Made by a program: the position numbers and the translations under genes
Notes under the pieces: model-generated
Seen by the model: only the letters and a program-made list of their open reading frames with translations
Database searches by the model: none
What the model was told of the DNA's origin: nothing
Shown: in pieces, positions 18,321 through 27,832 of the stretch
Layout: every line of letters starts with the position of its first letter
How positions within the stretch are numbered: the first letter of the stretch is position 1
From: Candidatus Multivoradales bacterium
GTDB lineage: Bacteria; Acidobacteriota; Thermoanaerobaculia; Multivoradales; Multivoraceae
NCBI GenBank assembly: GCA_965223325.1
Contig: CBDCWI010000002.1
Span: 768,001 to 832,000 of the forward strand
Direction of reading: 5' to 3'
DNA: 64,000 bases

Positions 18321-19811
18321 CTACTGCACCCGCATCGATTGAATGCGGTGGGGTTCCTCGGGCTCGAGCTCTAGCGTGAAGGTCACTCGACTGCCGTCCT
18401 CGCCTCTGAGGACCATGCTGCCAGTTGATGGGCCCGTCTTCTCGAGGCCCTCTACGGTCGACTTGCTGAGCATCAGCTGGAGCTCCTGCCAAAGTGCTTC
18501 GTGGTCTTCCATGCTGTGGCTATCGAGAAGGCTGGGTGCGAGCATCGCCCTGAGGACCTCGCTGAGTTCCAGGTCGCTCTCGCCGGTCACTGTGCGGTAG
18601 ATCTGCGCCATACGTTGCCCCATCTCCGAGGGCGGAAAGTTCTCGTCCATCTCGTCACCGCTCATCGTGAGCTGAGCCTTCGGCGCCGTAATCTCTCTCC
18701 CGTCCCATACGGCGGCCAGATTCTTCGCCAGCTCTTGGGCGGGTCGATTTCCAGTCCTGCCGAGGACGTAGGCCTGGCGGTCCCCAGTGAGCCTTACGAC
18801 CATGGTGCAGAAACCGAAGTCGTTGCCCCCGGCCACAATCGACGAATCGGTACTCGGCCGCAGCCGAGCTAGTATTTCCTTCCGCGCTGCAGGGGCCAGT
18901 ACCTTCCCGGAAACGACCGCCTGGTCCCAGGCCTGGAGATCACGCGCCGAGGCCACCATGCCACCGTTGCCGATCATCGCCCAAGTGATCTCGGGCCAGA
19001 TGGCCGGTGAGTTGCGCGCGCCAAACGTGCGCATCCCCTCGCCCTCAGCAACCAGGTCTGGCTCCCAGCCGTGCCGATAGAAGCCGGTGGTCTTCATACC
19101 AGCCGGCTCGAGCAGTCGGGCTCGTAGCTCGGAGATGAATGGCCTACCGGTCGTAACCTCCACCAGAATGGCGAGCAGGGTGTAGCCGGAGTTTGAGTAG
19201 GCCCGTCCTTCCCCAGGTGCGAAAAGCAGCTTCTGCCCCAGAATGCGTTCCAACGCTTGGTCGCGTGTGAGCTTGGTGAAGTCACCGTCCTCTCCAGGAC
19301 GATCAATGTAGTCGTCGAGACCCGAGCGGTGATCGAGAAGCTGCCGCACAGTGATCTCGCCCTTCTCGTCCGGCACGTTCTCGAGCAGCTCACCGAGTTT
19401 GTTGTCGAGGCTCAGTTTGCCGTGCGCCGAGAGCTCGAGAACCAAAGAGCGGGTGAATTCCTTACTCACCGAACCGATATCAAAAACGGTCTGGTCCGTC
19501 GTTGGCACGACGGTACCGGGACGCGCCGGGCCGATCCCCCTGGCAAGGACGTCTTCCCCACCAGCGACCAAGAGAACAAAGCCACTGAAACCACTGTCTT
19601 CGGCAGCCGTGAGCTGTGCTTCGAGCGCCTCGACCGGATGGCTCGCAAACGCCACCAGGGGGCTGCTCAACGCGAGGCCCACTGCCACTGCCAACGCCAG
19701 GCGCGCCCCGCCAGACGTCTCCGCACGTGGAGCTGTTCTTGTCAGCCCTTCAAGGGTGCGACGCCACCGATTAGAGATGTCACTGCCGTTTGCGGCGCTC
19801 GATCTGTTCAT
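18321..19811 (-). CDS. Serine hydrolase, beta-lactamase/AmpC-like family, with C-terminal extension
   Basis: FDIGSVSKEF (SxxK), LLDHRSGL, YSNSGY (YxN), GNGGMVASA; RBS AAGGAGG before ATG 19811. Confidence 0.9.
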   Translation of the reverse strand: MNRSSAANGSDISNRWRRTLEGLTRTAPRAETSGGARLALAVAVGLALSSPLVAFASHPVEALEAQLTAAEDSGFSGFVLLVAGGEDVLARGIGPARPGTVVPTTDQTVFDIGSVSKEFTRSLVLELSAHGKLSLDNKLGELLENVPDEKGEITVRQLLDHRSGLDDYIDRPGEDGDFTKLTRDQALERILGQKLLFAPGEGRAYSNSGYTLLAILVEVTTGRPFISELRARLLEPAGMKTTGFYRHGWEPDLVAEGEGMRTFGARNSPAIWPEITWAMIGNGGMVASARDLQAWDQAVVSGKVLAPAARKEILARLRPSTDSSIVAGGNDFGFCTMVVRLTGDRQAYVLGRTGNRPAQELAKNLAAVWDGREITAPKAQLTMSGDEMDENFPPSEMGQRMAQIYRTVTGESDLELSEVLRAMLAPSLLDSHSMEDHEALWQELQLMLSKSTVEGLEKTGPSTGSMVLRGEDGSRVTFTLELEPEEPHRIQSMRVQ

Positions 19812-20020
19812 TCCGTCCTCCTTGATTGACTCCGAGTCCACCTGAGGCCTCTGATGCACTAACAGTTGGTCCTCGGATCGGTTCCAGATATGGCTGACAC
19901 AAAAGCCAGACCAGCTTCGTAAGGCGAGTCGATATCACTTGCCACCGACTCAAACCCCGACGGCGGCACGGTCCGACTGGCAGACAGGCCAGCCGGATTG
20001 ACCCCACCTAAGGAGCCGCC

Positions 20021-21754
20021 ATGACCACCCACACCACCGAGCAACTCACCCAAGAGCGCTCGCTGCGCCTCTGGCCGGGGCTCATGATCGTCGCGCTCCA
20101 GTGGACGGTGCGCTGGCTCGTGCCCCTGGCCTTCCCTGATGCCCTCGCCGTGGGCGTACTGGCCGGACTACTCGGCGGACTCGGGGTCATCGCCTGGTGG
20201 CTCTTCTGGAGCCGGGTGCCCTGGTTCGAACGCCTAGCAGGCGTCGGGCTGATCGCGGTCACCCTGGCCGTCGCGCGCCTCTTTCTCCATCCCTCGGTTC
20301 GTGACTCGATGCTCGGACTGATGTTTCCGGTGTACGCAGTTCCCGTCGTAAGCCTCGCCTTCGTCAGCTGGGCGGCGATCTCAGAAAGGCTCAGCCCTCT
20401 CCCCCGTTGGATGGCCCTCGCCGTGCTTCTCTTCGTCTCAGGCGGAATGTGGACGCTGGTGCGCACCGCCGGGATGACCGGCTCAGCCGACAACGACTTC
20501 GCGTGGCGGTGGTCACCGACCCCCGAGGATCGCCTCCTGGCACAGACTCCGAACACCCTGGCGGGCAGCGCCAACGCGACGCCACCGACCGAGATTCTCG
20601 CCGAAGCGGATTGGCCGGGCTTCAGAGGCCTCGATAGGAATGGCGTCGTGCGCGGCACCAACATCGCATCCGACTGGAACGACGCACCACCCGTCGAACT
20701 CTGGCGCCAACCGATCGGACCTGGTTGGTCATCCTTCGCGGTCGGGGGCGGAATGCTCTACACCCAGGAGCAACGCGGCGAAGCTGAGGTCGTCAGTGCG
20801 TACGATCTCGAAACCGGCGAACCGGTGTGGCAGCACCAGGATCCGGAGCGCTTCTGGGAGGCAACCGGCGGCCCAGGCCCGCGCTCCACGCCGACCCTTG
20901 CCAGCGGCCGCATCTACTCCTTCGGAGCGAACGGCATCCTCAACGCCCTCGCCGCCGGCAATGGCCACCTCCTATGGACGCGCAATGCTGCCAACGACCA
21001 CGACGCCAAGGTGCCCTACTACGGCTTCTCGAGTTCGCCCCTGGTTCTCGAAGGTCAAGTGGTCATCTCAGTCGCCGGCCAGTTGGTTGCTTACGACGCT
21101 ACGACCGGAGCGCTGCGCTGGAGCGGACCACCCGGCAACGCCAGTTACAGTTCCCCGCAACGTGTCGTGCTCAGCGGCGTCACACAGGTTCTTCAGGCGA
21201 CCACCGAGGGGCTCACCAGCGTTCTACCCGCGACCGGCGAGCACCTCTGGCAGTACGACTGGCCCGGAGGCGTGCGCATCGTGCAGCCGGCCCTTCTCAG
21301 CGACGGCAACCTCCTGCTCAGCGAAGGTGAAGGGCGCGGTCTGCGACGCCTCGACGTCACGCGCAACAGTGCGGACTGGACACTCGATGAACGCTGGACG
21401 AGCACTCGTCTCAAGCCTTACCACAACGACTTCGTCATTCATCGCGATTCGGCCTTCGGCTTCGACGGTAGCATCCTGGCCGCAGTCGACCTCGACAGCG
21501 GCGAACGCCAGTGGAAGGGCGGCCGCTACGGTCACGGGCAGCTTCTTCTGCTCGTTGACCAGGACTTGCTTCTGGTGATTGGAGAGCGCGGCGATCTTGC
21601 CTTGGTCGAGGCCTCGCCCACCGGCTTCAGAGAGCGCGCTAAAGCACCTGCCCTGACCGGCAAGACCTGGAATCACCCCGTCCTGGTGGGAGACCTCTTG
21701 CTGGTTCGCAACGGCGAAGAAATGGCGGCTCTTCGCCTCGCAACCACCGGCTGA
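20021..21754 (+). CDS. Membrane-anchored PQQ-binding-like beta-propeller protein
   Basis: About 5 N-terminal TMs, then WPGFRG, GPGWSSF, GPRSTPT, SSSPLV, YSSP, WKGGRYGHGQ, KTWNHP; RBS AAGGAG. Confidence 0.88.
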   Translation: MTTHTTEQLTQERSLRLWPGLMIVALQWTVRWLVPLAFPDALAVGVLAGLLGGLGVIAWWLFWSRVPWFERLAGVGLIAVTLAVARLFLHPSVRDSMLGLMFPVYAVPVVSLAFVSWAAISERLSPLPRWMALAVLLFVSGGMWTLVRTAGMTGSADNDFAWRWSPTPEDRLLAQTPNTLAGSANATPPTEILAEADWPGFRGLDRNGVVRGTNIASDWNDAPPVELWRQPIGPGWSSFAVGGGMLYTQEQRGEAEVVSAYDLETGEPVWQHQDPERFWEATGGPGPRSTPTLASGRIYSFGANGILNALAAGNGHLLWTRNAANDHDAKVPYYGFSSSPLVLEGQVVISVAGQLVAYDATTGALRWSGPPGNASYSSPQRVVLSGVTQVLQATTEGLTSVLPATGEHLWQYDWPGGVRIVQPALLSDGNLLLSEGEGRGLRRLDVTRNSADWTLDERWTSTRLKPYHNDFVIHRDSAFGFDGSILAAVDLDSGERQWKGGRYGHGQLLLLVDQDLLLVIGERGDLALVEASPTGFRERAKAPALTGKTWNHPVLVGDLLLVRNGEEMAALRLATTG

Positions 21755-21788
21755 AGCGGGCCGCAGTTCCAAGGCCCACGATCACTGG

Positions 21789-23333
21789 CTACTTACCGGC
21801 CGTCGACGTTCTCTCGACGAACGCTCGGAGCGTATCGCGCCACTGCTCGAGCAGCGACTGCTCGACGTACATCATGTGACCGGCGGCAAAGTCGGCACGC
21901 TCGATGTTGTCCCGCAGATCGGCCGGTAGATTGAGATTGTCGAAAGTCCACACGGCAGCGAAGTAGGGCGTCGCCAGGTCGTAGATGCCGTTGATCAACA
22001 GAACTTCGAGACGGGGGTTGCGCGTCAGCGCGCGCGCCAAGTCGGGCGCAACGTTCGGGCTGGCTCCCGGAAAAAACCCGCCCCCGCCACGCTCACGGTC
22101 CCAGTTCCAGTCCCGCGCCATGCCACTCGGCACATACTCACGTTCGCCGTCGTAGCCCAGCTCAGAGCGCAGGTACTTGTTCCAGGCCGACGTGTAGGCC
22201 GAGCTGATCGCCGACGACTGTGGGTCGTGTTGCGGAGCGCGGCCCTGCGGATCACCGGTCGGACCGGTGAAGCGCGCATCCAGGCGCCCCACGACCAGGC
22301 CTTTGTCACGCAGGATTTCCTTCTCGTACTCGGGAGCCGACACGCGCAAGCTCGAGCGCTCGAGGTACTCCTTGTCGAGACCGGTGTAGAGGTGCATCTG
22401 ATCGAGCGTCTCCTGGCGCTCTGCAGGAGTAGCCGCACTCCCGGCCAGGAGCGTCGTCGCGTAGTCGGTGATCGCCCACTCCTCGACTTCCTTCATGAAA
22501 GCCTCGAGATCCTCCGGCGCGCCGCCCGGCAAGACGCCGTGGTACGCCGAAGTGATCGCATAGGACGGCACGTTGGTGACATAGGGAACGATCGAGCCGA
22601 CGTTGAAGCTGATGGTGTTGAAGTCGAGAACCGCCGACACCAACACGATGCCGTTGAGATCGACATTGGCGCGCTGCAAGTGGGTCGCGAGAACTGCCGA
22701 CCGCGTGGTGCCATAGCTCTCGCCCAGCAGGTAGCGCGGTGAGTTCCAGCGATCGTGCTGACTGAGAAAGCGCCGAATGAACTGGCTCAGCGAACGCGCA
22801 TCTTCGTCGACCCCCCAGAACTCCTTGCCCTCGACTCCGGGTGCCGGGCGCGAAAAGCCGGTGCCTACGGGGTCAATCATCACGATGTCGGCGAGATCGA
22901 TGAGGCTGTAGGGATTGTCCTGGATCTCGTAAGGCGGCGGCGCCTGCTGACCGACCTCGGGAGTCACCACCCGACGCGGCCCCATGATGCCCATGTGCAA
23001 CCAGAAACTCGCCGAACCAGGGCCACCGTTGTAGCTGAAAAGGAGCGGGCGGGCCACTCCCTTCGGACCATTGGTGCGCTGGTAGGCGGTGTAGAAGAGT
23101 TCGGCGGTCGCCTTCTCGGCGTCGTCACGCAGAATGATCGAGCCCACCGTCGCGTCGTACTCGACGACCGCCTCGTCGATTTCAATGCGATGCGAAGTCG
23201 TCCAATTCGAAGGCTCCGGTTCGGGGCCGGCTGGTGGCGCCGCCTTCTCGCCAGCGTCATGCCCCAACAGGTCATGCGCGAACAGCACACACCCGAACAG
23301 AACGATCGACAAGACAGTGAGAAACTTCTTCAT
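21789..23333 (-). CDS. Peptidase S10 serine carboxypeptidase, secreted
   Basis: RBS GGAGG before MKKFLTVL signal peptide; YNGGPGSAS, DPVGTGFS, GESYG, YDLATP, AGHMMY. Confidence 0.93.
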   Translation of the reverse strand: MKKFLTVLSIVLFGCVLFAHDLLGHDAGEKAAPPAGPEPEPSNWTTSHRIEIDEAVVEYDATVGSIILRDDAEKATAELFYTAYQRTNGPKGVARPLLFSYNGGPGSASFWLHMGIMGPRRVVTPEVGQQAPPPYEIQDNPYSLIDLADIVMIDPVGTGFSRPAPGVEGKEFWGVDEDARSLSQFIRRFLSQHDRWNSPRYLLGESYGTTRSAVLATHLQRANVDLNGIVLVSAVLDFNTISFNVGSIVPYVTNVPSYAITSAYHGVLPGGAPEDLEAFMKEVEEWAITDYATTLLAGSAATPAERQETLDQMHLYTGLDKEYLERSSLRVSAPEYEKEILRDKGLVVGRLDARFTGPTGDPQGRAPQHDPQSSAISSAYTSAWNKYLRSELGYDGEREYVPSGMARDWNWDRERGGGGFFPGASPNVAPDLARALTRNPRLEVLLINGIYDLATPYFAAVWTFDNLNLPADLRDNIERADFAAGHMMYVEQSLLEQWRDTLRAFVERTSTAGK

Positions 23334-23430
23334 GGTCTCCTCCTCCGGTAGGCCTTTCGAGGCGTTTCGCGCACCATACCGGAGGCTCCCAGTCCGCAGC
23401 TTCATCGAAGCCTGAAACCCCGCCGTACGT

Positions 23431-24033
23431 CTACGCGAACAAGGTCTGCTGGGTGGTGTTGGAAAGACCAACGATCTCGGTACCCTCGAGCTCGAGGAGA
23501 AACTCCTTGGTCGCCAGTCCACCGGCATAGCCGGTGAGGTTGCCGTTTCTTCCGATGACCCGATGGCACGGCACGACGATCGGAATGGGATTGCGACCGT
23601 TGGCAGCCCCGACCGCGCGTGACGCTGTCGGCCGACCCAGCTGGCTCGCGATCTCACCGTACGAGGTCGTGGCGCCGAACGGAATGCCACAGAGCAACCT
23701 CCAGACAGCTCGCTGAAACGTTGTTCCCTGCGGCGCGAGTCGCAGCTCGAACGACTCCCGCTGACCGCTGAAGTACTCCTCGAGCTGTAGCGCAGACCGA
23801 GCCAGCCACTCGGCGGCCGGGCCCTCTGGCGGGTCGATGGCCGCTTCCTTCCAGTCGGAAGGAGCCGCCCGCAGTGCACCGGTTGGATCGGCGAAGGCAA
23901 TCTCCCGCAGGCCGGTCGCAGTGGCGGCCAGGCGCAGAGTTCCGAGCGGCGTCGGGAGACCGCAGAACTCGATTCGCTCATCGTGGGCGGAGGGCACGCG
24001 CATGTCGATGGCGGAGACCACTTCATTGCTCAT
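23431..24033 (-). CDS. ogt: Methylated-DNA-protein-cysteine S-methyltransferase
   Basis: [26 protein letters not shown], active site PCHRV, GYAGG; ATGA overlap with alkA. Confidence 0.95.
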   Translation of the reverse strand: MSNEVVSAIDMRVPSAHDERIEFCGLPTPLGTLRLAATATGLREIAFADPTGALRAAPSDWKEAAIDPPEGPAAEWLARSALQLEEYFSGQRESFELRLAPQGTTFQRAVWRLLCGIPFGATTSYGEIASQLGRPTASRAVGAANGRNPIPIVVPCHRVIGRNGNLTGYAGGLATKEFLLELEGTEIVGLSNTTQQTLFA

Positions 24034-25604
24034 CTCGAACTCCTTCTTGCGTTGGAACGTCTGCTTGTTTCGACGGGCGCCGCGCCCGACCACAACAGGT
24101 GCGCCGCGTAGGAACGCCACGGGCGCCAGGCCTCGGCCCGCTGCTCGAGGTCCCGAACCGACATCTCGCCCTCGGCGACCAGTGCCCGCCGCAGCCAGAG
24201 GTCGCCCGACGGAAAGGCGTCGGGGTCACTGAGGGCTCGCATGATGACGTACTGCGCCGTCCAATCCCCTATCCCCGGGAGAGCCGTAAGCACTTCGTGC
24301 AGTTCGTCACTCGTCTGGGTGCCATCGAAACGCACATCGCCATCTTCGGTGGCCGCGGCCAGGCGGCGCAGCGCCTCGGCCCGCGTCGACGGTAGGCCGA
24401 TGCGCTCGATGGGAGCCTTGCGGAGGGCTCCTGGGACAGGGAACAAGAAGGCCAGGTGACCCTCCGAGTCGACGCCCGTATGGTGCTCACCAAAGCGTTC
24501 GACCAGGCGCTTCGTGAGAGTCGTCGCACCCTTGACCGTCACCTGCTGCCCGAGAATCGCCCTCACCGTGAGCTCGAACCCGTCCCAGGCGCCCGGCGAG
24601 CGCACTCCCGGCTTGTTCGCAAGCCGCCGCGCAACGTCCCGGTCCCCGCAAAACACCGCGGCAACGGCCGATGGATCGACATCGAGATCGAACAGTCGTC
24701 GCACGCGGGTGGTGATATCGAGGAGCAGCGCAGGCTGGAGAGGCCACAGCTGGATCTGGAGCTCTACCTCGCCTGCTGGTTCCATCGCCGACCACGGCCG
24801 CACCTCGAGCACCCCGGCCCCCCCACCCACCCGCACCAGACGCCGCCAGGATCCGTTCCTGACTTCTTCGACTCCTGGCGAGCAGCGCGGCGCAAGGAAC
24901 GACAGCACCGCCTGGGCATCGTAGGGCGCCCGACCGACCAATGTCAGCTCGAGCGTCTCGGGACGCTCCCGGCACTCAGCTCCGCCGTGGCGGGTTCCTG
25001 AGCGCCGGCCGCCACCGGCGACACTCGTGCGTAGCTCCGTCGGCGTTCTGCCCCAGGTGGTGCGCACCGCCTCGTTGAAGCGGCGTACGCTTCCATAGCC
25101 GGCGGCCAACGCGACTTCGCCCATCGGCATCGCAGTCTCATCGATCAGCTGCTTGGCGAACAACAAGCGGCGGGTTCGCGCCACCGCGGTCGGCGAGGCA
25201 CCGACCCACTGCCGAAAGAGGCGTCGCAGATGACGCTCCCCCACGCCCAGCCGTCGCGCCAGGTCGGCGCTGCCGCCTTCGGCCAGGACGCCGTCTTCGA
25301 TCAACCGTAGCGCACGTCGCACGGTTGCCTCGGTTCCCACCCAGGCGGCCGAACTGGGCGCTGCTTCCGGCCGACAGCGCAAGCAGGGTCTCAGACCCGC
25401 CGCACTCGCTGCCGCCGCGGTCTGAAAGAACGCAACGTTGCGCCGCGCCGCGCGTGCCGCCAGCGCACACACCGGGCGACAGTAGATCCCGGTCGACACC
25501 ACGCCCACAAAGAAGCGCCCATCGAACCTTCGGTCGCGCGCCAGGCGGGCGCGTTCACAGGCCTCTGGATCGAGCGGTAGAGGGCGGGTCTCGATGTCTC
25601 TCAT
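24030..25604 (-). CDS. alkA: Ada Zn-domain/AraC-AlkA fusion (DNA-3-methyladenine glycosylase II)
   Basis: [10 protein letters not shown]...RPCLRCRP; AraC HTH ([17 protein letters not shown]); AILGQQV, Hh[22 protein letters not shown]. Start uncertain (25604 or 25661). Confidence 0.92.
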   Translation of the reverse strand: MRDIETRPLPLDPEACERARLARDRRFDGRFFVGVVSTGIYCRPVCALAARAARRNVAFFQTAAAASAAGLRPCLRCRPEAAPSSAAWVGTEATVRRALRLIEDGVLAEGGSADLARRLGVGERHLRRLFRQWVGASPTAVARTRRLLFAKQLIDETAMPMGEVALAAGYGSVRRFNEAVRTTWGRTPTELRTSVAGGGRRSGTRHGGAECRERPETLELTLVGRAPYDAQAVLSFLAPRCSPGVEEVRNGSWRRLVRVGGGAGVLEVRPWSAMEPAGEVELQIQLWPLQPALLLDITTRVRRLFDLDVDPSAVAAVFCGDRDVARRLANKPGVRSPGAWDGFELTVRAILGQQVTVKGATTLTKRLVERFGEHHTGVDSEGHLAFLFPVPGALRKAPIERIGLPSTRAEALRRLAAATEDGDVRFDGTQTSDELHEVLTALPGIGDWTAQYVIMRALSDPDAFPSGDLWLRRALVAEGEMSVRDLEQRAEAWRPWRSYAAHLLWSGAAPVETSRRSNARRSSR

Positions 25605-26023
25605 GGTGGATGCAGTGTAGGTGGTCACCGCGGTCGCCGGCTGGCCGCCGGCGGACGTCATAGAAGCACCGAGAAGAGGTACCGAGAAGCGCAAGGTCAG
25701 AAGTCCCAGAAACCACACTCATCTGGCAAGAAACGATTAGTTTGCATACATGTATCTCGTCGGCGTGAACCCCCATCCGCAGGGCGTTCCCCCGCCCCGA
25801 GCGACACCGATACGGCACACCGGTCTCGAAAACGACCGCCCAAGGATAAAATTGGTCCGTACACCCCCAGCAAGAGTGACCGCAGGAGTCGCCGCCGCCC
25901 GGCCCGAGCCGGCGTGTGCGCACGGCCTCCCTGCATGCACGCTGGGCACGCCTTCAACGCCGGCACGCGATCGAGTGGATCGTGACGAGAGCACCGGAGG
26001 CGTGCGGAAATAGGAGTTCCCCC

Positions 26024-26323
26024 ATGGAGATTCTTCCTCTCATCATTCAGCTCATCAGTGGTGCTGTCGGTGGCAACATCGCCGGTTCACTGATGAAGAA
26101 CCTCTCGCTCGGCTCACTCGGTAACTCGCTCGCCGGCATCGTTGGTGGCGGCCTGGGCGGCCAGCTGCTCTCGATCCTCGGTGTAGCCACCGCGACCGGT
26201 GGCGTCGACATCGCCTCGATCATTGGCAGCCTTGCCGGTGGCGGCGTTGGCGGCGGTGTGCTGATGGCGATCGTCGGCCTGATCAAGAACCTGCTCGCGG
26301 GATCCAGCCAGGCCGCACGCTAA
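26024..26323 (+). CDS. Small glycine-rich membrane protein (conserved hypothetical)
   Basis: RBS AGGAG; LIIQLISGAVGGNIAG...LGNSLAGIVGGGLGGQLL; glycine-zipper TMs. Confidence 0.85.
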   Translation: MEILPLIIQLISGAVGGNIAGSLMKNLSLGSLGNSLAGIVGGGLGGQLLSILGVATATGGVDIASIIGSLAGGGVGGGVLMAIVGLIKNLLAGSSQAAR

Positions 26324-26377
26324 GCGTCGGGTTCAAAGACGATTCGGCGGCGTGCAGCCACACCGCCGAGGCCACGG

Positions 26378-26413
26378 AGAGGGCTTCCAGAAATGGAAGC
26401 CCTCTTTCTCTTT
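26378..26413 (+). terminator. Rho-independent terminator
   Basis: 12-bp stem AGAGGGCTTCCA-gaaa-TGGAAGCCCTCT followed by ttctcttt, between convergent genes. Confidence 0.75.
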
Positions 26414-26449
26414 GACCGGTCGCAACGAGCAACCGAGAGACACACTCGC

Positions 26450-27832
26450 TCAGTCGAGATCGGGAACTGCTTCGAACCAGCCTCCGAGCTCGTGCAGCAA
26501 GCGGAAGCCCAGGGCCAGCAGTCGATCCCCGGCACCGACCTCCACCACGGTCCCTTCCTTGGCGCCGTAGCCACCTTCGGCGGCCGCAGCCAGGGTTGGG
26601 AAGTAGCCGAGCTCGCCGTTCGCATAGCCCACGAACAAGGTTGGCATCAGGCTCTCGCGACGCAGGCGTTGGCCGAACTCGACGAAGAACTCGCCCGGGA
26701 AACTCACCACCCCTACCTGCACGGGCGCCTGGCGACTACCGAGAACCAGCGCCATCACCTCGGCTTGCTGCTCGCGCTCGAAACGCGCCGCATAGTAGGC
26801 CAGAAGGCGCTCGGCGCCGACGCGCTCGTAGGCCGCGACGACGGCAGGGTCGTCGTAGGACCACCGGGCACTCATGGAGATCTCGCGGCGCTCGGCCGCG
26901 AGCGAACCCGGGTCGGCAAACTCGAGCCGTTCGCGCACCGTCAAGACCTCGCGAGCCACGGCTCGCCCCAGCCGCTCGACCTGAAGGAAGGCGCCGTCGG
27001 TCGGCGCGGTCTTGTCCCAGAACGGATTGATATCGCCCGCTGCGCCCTGAAGAAACATCGCCACGCCGCCGATCTCACCTTCGATCGCCGCCTGCATCGC
27101 GCCCGGCCAGTCGGCCGAGATCTCGAGGTTCAGTGGGCCGAGGACCACCGGGTGACAGGGGTAGTTGACGACCGTAGCCAGCGGCTCACCCGAAGTGTCG
27201 TTGATCGCCAGAACCAGGACGGTTTCATCGACCGGCTCGGTCGCGAGACGCCCGCGGTTGCCCCAACGCATCTCGACCGAGCGATCGGGCAGCACGTGGC
27301 GCCGGTTGTGGCACTCACGGACCTTTCCCTCGCCGACCGCCAGGCGAGCGGGGCGCAGTCGCCCTGCCGCCTCAACGATGGCCTCGGCGACCTGTTTCTC
27401 GGTCGCCGTCAGCCAGGCCTCGTGATGGGGGTCGTCGAAGGTCGGGGTGGAGTGACTGTGCGATGCCGAGAGCAAGACGGCGCCCCAGCCGAGTGATTCT
27501 TCAACCAACGTGCGGATGCGCCGGGTCTGGGCCTTTCGAATCGAACCCAGATCGAGACTGACCAGCGCCGCTTCGGTCTCGCCATCGGACAACACCAGGA
27601 CCTTGGCGTACAACCGGTCATGCACTCCCTGGGAAACGGCATCGCCCCGCGCCCCGTAGCCGTACATGCGCCCGCCAACGGGAGGCGTGATGTCGATGGC
27701 GATCGCAGCAGCACGGAGCTCTGCAGCGACACCAGGCGTCTCGACCAGCCAGATCAAGAGCGCAAACAGAGCCGCCCGCACCAGGATCGTCTGCCAGCCG
27801 TCGCTCCAGAGGCACTGGCGCGAAGCCATCAC
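26450..27832 (-). CDS. Neutral/alkaline ceramidase-like hydrolase, secreted
   Basis: IDITPP, GVHDRLYAK, SASHSHS, NYPCHP, SADWPG, QGAAGDINP, FPGEFF, GYANG. Confidence 0.85.
   Translation of the reverse strand: MMASRQCLWSDGWQTILVRAALFALLIWLVETPGVAAELRAAAIAIDITPPVGGRMYGYGARGDAVSQGVHDRLYAKVLVLSDGETEAALVSLDLGSIRKAQTRRIRTLVEESLGWGAVLLSASHSHSTPTFDDPHHEAWLTATEKQVAEAIVEAAGRLRPARLAVGEGKVRECHNRRHVLPDRSVEMRWGNRGRLATEPVDETVLVLAINDTSGEPLATVVNYPCHPVVLGPLNLEISADWPGAMQAAIEGEIGGVAMFLQGAAGDINPFWDKTAPTDGAFLQVERLGRAVAREVLTVRERLEFADPGSLAAERREISMSARWSYDDPAVVAAYERVGAERLLAYYAARFEREQQAEVMALVLGSRQAPVQVGVVSFPGEFFVEFGQRLRRESLMPTLFVGYANGELGYFPTLAAAAEGGYGAKEGTVVEVGAGDRLLALGFRLLHELGGWFEAVPDLD

Noticed and set aside
23334-24026. 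N-terminal extension of the S10 peptidase (745-aa ORF) overlapping ogt
   Set aside because: A strong RBS and signal peptide lie at 23333; the extension is an off-frame read of ogt.
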